A DNA stretch of 64,000 nt from Amoeboaphelidium protococcarum X5. Its lineage: Eukaryota > Fungi > Aphelidiomycota. Location of the stretch: contig JALDTO010000098.1 of NCBI GenBank assembly GCA_023515725.1, positions 1,080,164 to 1,144,163 on the forward strand. Reading direction: 5' to 3'. The translations under genes were made by a program, and so were the position numbers. Positions within the stretch are counted from its first letter, which is position 1, and each line of letters begins with the position of its first letter. Under the pieces are notes generated by a model, which did no database searches, was not told the DNA's origin, and saw only the letters and a program-made list of their open reading frames with translations. Below are positions 52,424-64,000 of this stretch, one piece after another.

Positions 52424-53683
52424 ATGAATGTGATACTCAATTTGAAGCGATATACTGGATTGAGGTGGTAGCCGCGGATTCTATAACGAATACAAGCAAG
52501 AGGATACCAGACTCTATTGCACAAATACTCCCCTCAGTATATCAAGTATTGGGATATCACGAATAGATTGCTCAAGAATCAGTACAACGTGAAAGATGGT
52601 CAACATCTATTGCCAGCGATGGAATAATAACTCAGATAATTACGCAGTTAAATGGATGATGATGATGGCTAAAATACTCATTAAGAAGATCAAAATTGTT
52701 ATTAAACAGTGATTACTTAATAGAAGGAACTTGCCCGATTAGAAGATCAGATCCGCAATTACTAGAAATGGGACAATTTCCTGCAAGAGAACAATGAACT
52801 GCTAAGCATGGCGATAGCTGATAAAGATGCTGATGGCGGAAAAGATTAGGATCTTCTTGATGAGATACAGTATGAGTTGTAGCAAAACTTGCCTAAATTT
52901 AAATCATATGCTATGTAATAGGCATTGAATAGACCCGAAGATCAGTTGGGATGTTTTCTAGAAATCCAAGCTGGTGCTGGCGGTACGGAGAGTTGCGATT
53001 TTGTAGAGTTTCTTTGTAGAATGTATTAGAAATGGGCCACTCGTTCATAGATCAAGTGCCGCATCGTGGATAAGAGTAGACACGATATCGCTGGCTACAA
53101 GTCGGTCACACTCAAGTTGCTCGGGGAGTATTCGTACGGTTATCTGAGACATGAACAGGGCGTTCATCGATTTACGCGTAATTCTCCGTATGATAGCGCC
53201 AATCGACGGCATACTTCATTCGCTTCAGTCACCGTGTCACCTATTGTCCAAGATGATGGTATTGTTATATAAGACATTAATCCGGGAGATATAAATGTGG
53301 AAGTATTTAGAGCATCGGGTGCTGGCGGTCAACACGTTAATAAGACCGAGTCTGCCGTGAGGATAACACATCTCTCTAGCGGCATAGTAGTCAAGAGCTC
53401 GGAGTCGAGATCCTAGATAGAGAACCGGAAACTGGCTCTAGAGCAGTTGAAGTCGCGTCTGTATTAGTTTGAATAGGAGCAGAGAAATAAAGATCGGTCA
53501 GAGCGCTTTGCCCAGGTTCGCTCAAAGAAGATTGAGTTTGGCAGTCAAATTAGAACTTATTCCATGGCTGGATTTATTGGTGCTAAAGATGCACGAACTG
53601 GAGTTCTTTTAAGTGACATCAACTCCGTGTTTGATGGCAACATTGATGCTTTTCTAGATGCTGCAATTGTAGATTTAGATTGA
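52424..53683 (+). CDS. Mitochondria-targeted peptide chain release factor 2 (PrfB-type)
   Basis: Arg-rich presequence; [36 protein letters not shown] (RF2 SP[F/Y] anticodon), [36 protein letters not shown]. Confidence 0.9.
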
Positions 53684-53741
53684 CAAGTGATAAATTACTG
53701 ATTTTATAGAGTTAGACATTGATTACCTTTATCACGTCTGA

Positions 53742-56700
53742 TCAAATTAAAATCTTGATAGTCCAATCTAATCCAATTCCAACATTTGGCTTCTTGATAG
53801 TAAGGCGGTACGTTCCCACAACTCCTTCAGTCTTTCCAGCCACCTCTTCGCCGTGCAGAGTAGACTATTAGATGTGGTCAATAGTGAGAAGTAGATGGCT
53901 ATCCACAACCTCAATGCTATTACCAACAGTTGACTCGACAATCATCTTCACTTTCTATTCAGCGATAGACTTTTACAATTTCAAGATTGCAGAGTCAGTG
54001 TCCGCTGACAGTAATACAATTCTTTCCACCTAAATTATATCATTAATGCTCTTCTAGTATTCAGGATCAGAGACAAAGGTCATCTGGCGCTCAACATCTT
54101 TAACATTCAGCGGCTAGCCTTGATCATTCACAGCACCATCTTCCATTAAAAATGGTCTCTGATAAGCCTTCATTCTCTTCAACGGCTTTCCGTCATCGCC
54201 GCGATAAACAAAATCTCGACTCTAAATCACCAATTGGGAGGCGGTCAATTTTGTCATTATAGTCTTGTGCACAAATTGCCCTCTGACAGCGTACAGGAAA
54301 CTCTCACCATCGTCATGGTACAGCTCTCCTAGTGATACTCTCTTTGAATTCAAAGCAATGGTCACCGTATAAGGATCTTTGGCCATGAGCAGAGAAGATC
54401 TTCTCACGCGGTCCCTGGTAGCGATAGTATAGCCCGCACGCATCAGCAGCGGTAGTGGAGATTATAATGGTACAGAGAATTGATGTAAACGATTGCGTGC
54501 AAAATCACCAAGCTTCGGCTAATAGGCAATCGAGGTGTGAAAGTTGAACCACAAATTATTGCCAGGCAAGTACATGCTCACATTGTCTCCTCCTTCGATC
54601 AAAGGGATATAGATAGACTTTGTCATCAGTGCTCCACCAACCATAAACTGTTATTCCATCTTGAAAGTCTCTGCGTCATCAGGAAACTCCATGAAAATGG
54701 CTCTCAATGGGGTGACACCCTCATATTGAGCATGTCTGAACAACAAATACCAGTAAGGCAGTAGACGGTAACGAAGTTTAATAGCATCACGAATATTGCT
54801 AACATACGGCTCACCATACACCCAAGGTTCACGGCGTTAAGTATCAATGTGTCCATGAGCACGGAAGAATGGGTAGAATATGCCAGCCTGATACCATCGA
54901 GTAATCAATTCAGCATGCACATCACCGAAAAATCCACCGACATCGGCACCACAGAAACCAATGCCACCCATACTTATGCTGAGCAACATTGGAATAGATG
55001 ACTCTAGATGCTCCCACTTGGCCATATTATCACCATTCCAAATGGCGCCATAACGCTGAGTGCCAGAGAAAAAAGCACGACTCAAGATGAACGGACGATG
55101 TGGAAACGAGCCATGCATTAGATCGGTCCTGTTGGACCATTCTGATGGTGAAATAGTTCCACTTTAGACTTGCTACTACGGCAGACTACGATATACATGT
55201 CCAGCATACGTGGAACGGTGTAAATACAACCCGTAGATATTATGGATTTCGCGGTGCTCCACGTCCTTGTAGTGCAAGTTATCCTTTGGCATTGTAATCT
55301 CTGGACCATTAAATACAGATGGCTCATTCATATCATTCCAGGTGAACAGATTCTCAAAGGAACCGCCATATGAAGAGTAGCTAAACAACCTGGACCATAG
55401 CGATCTTGCCTCAGGATTACAAAAGTCCACGTATGAACTTGCACCAGGCCAACACCATCCTTCGTACTCCTGTCCATCTCTATTACGCACAAATAAACCT
55501 TTACTAGAAAACAAATCCTTCACATGATACCCCTCAATACGCTTGATATGCGGATCAATAATGGTGATCATTTTACGACCGAAAGACGCAATTTTCTTCA
55601 GCATATCCAGCGGATTAGGAAACTTGTCAGTCTTCCAAGTAAAGTACTGCTTTTCATTAGTGTGCTCGATATCCAACCAAATAACATCCATAGGAATCTA
55701 ATGAGTCTCAAAATTGTCATTAACACCAAGAACGTCCTGCTCATCATTATAATTCCATCTACATTAATGATAAGCTAAGCTGAACAGTGGCGGCATGACT
55801 TGAGTTCCAGTAAGCGCGGCATACTATATCTGAACATTACGAGGAGACGGTCCAAGCAGTAAAAAGAAATCAAACACTCCACTCTCGGATATCCAATGCG
55901 CCATGGTATCCACTTCGCTACCAGGTTCAGAAGCCACATCGGAATTGCCAGAATAAAGATCCTGCACAGTCAGCTTGGAGCCAGATCTAACCAATTTCTT
56001 CACATCAACCCAAGTCTCTGCAGAATTCAGCCAAAAAAATCCCACAGTGTTGTGTGAAGTCTTGGTCTTCTTGTGAGCATAAAGTAGTGGCACTGATCCA
56101 TACAAGGCCATCGGAGAGTCGAGATTAAACTCAAACACGTCCAAATTATAAAGTCTATATGGCTCTCTATAAGATTGCTCAGTCTACCCATGAGTATCCT
56201 TCAGAGACAGATTAGTCGCATGCTCAGGCAGACCATAGACATTGTTGGCTCCAGGGAAGGTGACATCCATGGCAATCGATGTAGGACCATATTTTTTAGT
56301 GTCTTGATGCTCCTTGAAATACTCTTCATACTCGCTTTGATGCAGTAAATCTTCCTATGGCGGAGTCGCATAATCTTCCGGCTTCAAACGAGTCTCTTCA
56401 ATGTTCATGTAGCCAAACTTGTTAATCACCGCAACTAGATCGTCATCCACGTAATAGTCAACACGGAACGGCTTGAACTAGATGAAAGCTTTCAATTAAT
56501 TACGCTACCCAAAAGTGAATTATAAACCACCATCCATCTCCTTCTTATCGTACGAGGAAGCTTTCAGACTCTCTTCAATGATTACATCTGGCACTTTATA
56601 ACGCTCTCTCACCCCACCCTTCTCGTCTATACGCATGCGTACAACATTGCCATCTTAGAGGAACTACAGGGTAAACATTAGCTTAACATGAGGCTACACA

Positions 56701-56948
56701 GAAGTCTTCACAATCTCGCCCATCACCTGGTCTTGGGAGAACTACACACTCTGGGGCACCACTTCATACGGACTCTCAGCCTGCTTCTACTCCACGTCAA
56801 CGGCATAGGCCCTGTTACGGGTACAGAACCCACTCTGACTACACTTTTTAAAATCGTGCTCCTTCACTGCAAACACGTGATGAAGAGTTGATATTATTAT
56901 CAGAATATTTGCCAACCAAACACCACCACTATAGTAAGGGTGTCTCAT
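53742..56948 (-). CDS. GANAB: Glucosidase II alpha subunit (GH31)
   Basis: Signal peptide, [56 protein letters not shown]. Confidence 0.96.
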
Positions 56949-56983
56949 TTCTGACGCAAATGGCTCTAATCTTTGTTAGAGAA

Positions 56984-57452
56984 TCTCTCTCTCTCTCTCT
57001 CTCTGTGGATGGGAGAACGATAGAGGAAGAGAGAACGAGAGGCGGACAACGAGAACGCGCAGAGTCGAAATATTCTTACGATGAAACAACATCACTTGAA
57101 ACGCTTCTGTTCGGCTGGTCCAGCACTTCATAACGCCAACATCAATGAAGAAGTAGATATTCAATGTCAGATGGACAGTAGTTACCAATGTACAATTAAG
57201 TCAAGTACTGTGTGACATTGCATGCTCACATACCGAATATTGTTTGATTAAACGCGCTTATTACCAATATTATTCAGTTCTTACGCGCTGAGGCAATCTC
57301 TTAACTTTATATGAATGATCACAAGAAATAAGTTTACTTTAGTCTAATAATGGTCGTTCAAGGCAACTCTTAGTTTCTGTGTAATAGAATCTAGACGCGT
57401 TCATAAAAACGCTTTTTAAGGTTTTGTTTCACTACGGATTTCACAGCGCGTT
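56984..57452. promoter_or_regulatory. Divergent promoter region with (CT)n tract and CGCG-box cluster upstream of thymidylate synthase
   Basis: (CT)n near 56984-57004; ACGCGC near 57055, 57252, 57283; ACGCGT 57395-57400; GCGCGT near 57446. Confidence 0.5.
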
Positions 57453-57531
57453 CGTCTATACTCTCCCTTTCCCTCAATCTTACGATATAAGCATTACATT
57501 GCCAGAATATCGCTCCTTCTACCTACCAAAG

Positions 57532-58503
<972 letters not shown>

Positions 58504-59028
58504 GTGAGTATCTCTGATTAAAGATGAAAATGAAAAGTGATTATTATTTACTTACCATACGCGTGATGTTATGTGTGATTTGTTGTTAAAATCTTCTAAA
58601 TAGGATTTACGTAATGAACTTTCACTCTGTAATTCCTGACTTCATTTGATAATCCGTGTCTAATCAATTGTAAGTAGGAAGTTTTGTATATGAACACCTC
58701 ACCCCAGATCACCATCTCCACTCCGTAAGAGCCTGAAGTACAAAAAAACATAAGAAATGATGAAAATTTGCTGGGTTAAGTGTGAAATAAAATATGTGAG
58801 AAATCTTAATGATAAATAACAGCAAATTCAAGACAAACCATCTGAGATTACAGCCAGTACCTAATGAAAAGGTAACCGTTGTTACCATAAAAGCATCTGT
58901 GGCTTTGTTTGATTTCTGACTTTCCATTTTGCCCTTTTTTATCTCTGAGCGACTGAAACAACAACAAGTATCCTTCATTTACCTTTTCGTTCAAGTCAAC
59001 CAAGTGTACAATTTTGATATAATCAGTC

Positions 59029-62872
<3,844 letters not shown>

Positions 62873-63091
62873 ATAGATGAGAGATTGAATGTGATTATAT
62901 AAAAGTTTACTCTGGTTTGTATAACATAGTTGTTCTTTTATCTAAATTTATAAATGCGTTAAACACCATCACATTGTGTACCAGATGTGTATTAAGTGAG
63001 ATTCTCTCGGACTTGTCTGTTTCCTTTTATTAACCGTCTTGTTTCCGCTGCGATATTTTAGGAAATCTCCGTGAAGTAAACAGCTAATATC

Positions 63092-63500
63092 ATGTCTCAA
63101 GTTACTGTATACTACAGCTCAGTGAGCGGAAATATGTCGGTAAATATTTAATACTTTCGCTGCTTATTGCAATAGTTAAAAAATAAAAATTGTGTAGATT
63201 AAAAAGAACTAATAGGCGGTGCTCAATGTCCTTGATGGCAAGAAAGTTCCGTATAAGGTATCACTTCCCTTATTTAACATTAATTAATAACTAATCAAAT
63301 ATCCAATCGTAAAATAATTGTAGTTGGTTGATGTCGCTGCAGATGAAAAGGCTAGAGTTGAGATGAAGTAGAAGAGCGGTAAGGCCACCCTACCACAAGT
63401 GTTTGTCGATGGTCAGTTCAAGGGCGGATTTGAAGATTTTGAATTGGCCACTGAGGATGGAAAACTCAATGAATTCTTTGGACAATCTGGAGTATTTTGA
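63092..63500 (+). CDS. SH3BGR-like glutaredoxin-fold protein; introns 63140-63197 and 63258-63323
   Basis: Spliced product MSQVTVYYSSVSGNMSIKKNQQAVLNVLDGKKVPYKLVDVAADEKARVEMKQKSGKATLPQVF...LNEFF, 94 aa; the QQ is TAA TAG. Confidence 0.9.
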
Positions 63501-63615
63501 ACAGTTAGTTCTATTGATTATGAGATTATAATAAGATTATAATTATGTTGATCAATTATAAAATCCTTCACAAGAACAGAGTAGCATAATACTCAAAAAT
63601 CACTGAATATAAAAT

Positions 63616-64000
63616 TCAACTATTATTACCTACGTGACCAACAATGGTTAAATCTCTCATCTGCTACAGTGCAGACTCCACGCTGCTTATCGGTCCTCCA
63701 TACTGATGAGCCAGTTCCTCCAGATTGGACATTCTTTCATGAGCATCTTTCACAAAGTTGAGCTAACACTTGACCAGAGCCTCCAACGATGGATCCAAAT
63801 AAGGAACTCGGATATCGATAAGCTTTGGCAAATCCTCAATCAGCTGTTTGTTAAGCTCCTCATAGATTTCTCTACATTCAGCCAGCTTACGTTCAGCAGA
63901 CGGCAACTTATCCGGATCATCATGCGGCTTCTCCACCAACCGCTTCACTTTGGCACGTTGAGAGTCATAGTCGAGTAGCTTCTTTTATCGCTTCCTGATA
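63616..64000 (-). CDS. RVS161: RVS161/BIN3 N-BAR protein, C-terminal part
   Basis: KKLLDYDSQRAKVKRLVEKP...LPKLIDIRVPYLDPSLEALVKCQ; ends after the BAR domain without SH3, TGA at 63616-63618. Confidence 0.88.

Noticed and set aside
52424-53683. Bacterial contaminant or recent prfB transfer
   Set aside because: It uses TAR=Gln, has a mitochondrial-type presequence, lacks the CTT-TGA frameshift, and is embedded among eukaryotic genes.
57009-57215. 68-aa small ORF in the GANAB/TYMS divergent gap
   Set aside because: With a single stop codon, ORFs of this length arise by chance; it overlaps GA-rich promoter sequence and has no recognisable motif.

Overview
Gene-dense, intron-poor eukaryotic nuclear DNA that uses a non-standard genetic code: TAA and TAG are read as Gln and TGA is the only stop (ciliate-type code, table 6). 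The supplied standard-code ORF track therefore shows only fragments. Re-read with TAR=Gln, the window holds 29 protein genes (27 complete, 2 cut by the window ends): SDA1, PSMD9/NAS2, a GT31 glycosyltransferase, PSP1, THADA/TRM732-like, a secreted metallophosphoesterase, an NDP-glucose 4,6-dehydratase, UTP13, PWP1, CLF1, PHS1, ARS2, RPLP1, a GH13 amylase, an UNC80-like protein, an NAD+ carrier, a BCH-RhoGAP, CCDC82-like, MOK, a SWIB protein, HEATR5/LAA1, a mitochondrial RF2, glucosidase II alpha, thymidylate synthase, PKC1, SH3BGR, RVS161 and two hypothetical proteins. Fungal-type proteins plus this code suggest an early holomycotan; the aphelid Amoeboaphelidium protococcarum is the known example, and this assignment is inferred. 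Most notable: an UNC80 (NALCN channelosome) homologue, one gene with no TGA at its expected end, two intergenic hairpin structures, a retained mitochondrial RF2, and a recurrent ACGCG/GA-tract promoter pattern. All family calls are from recalled motifs, not database searches.
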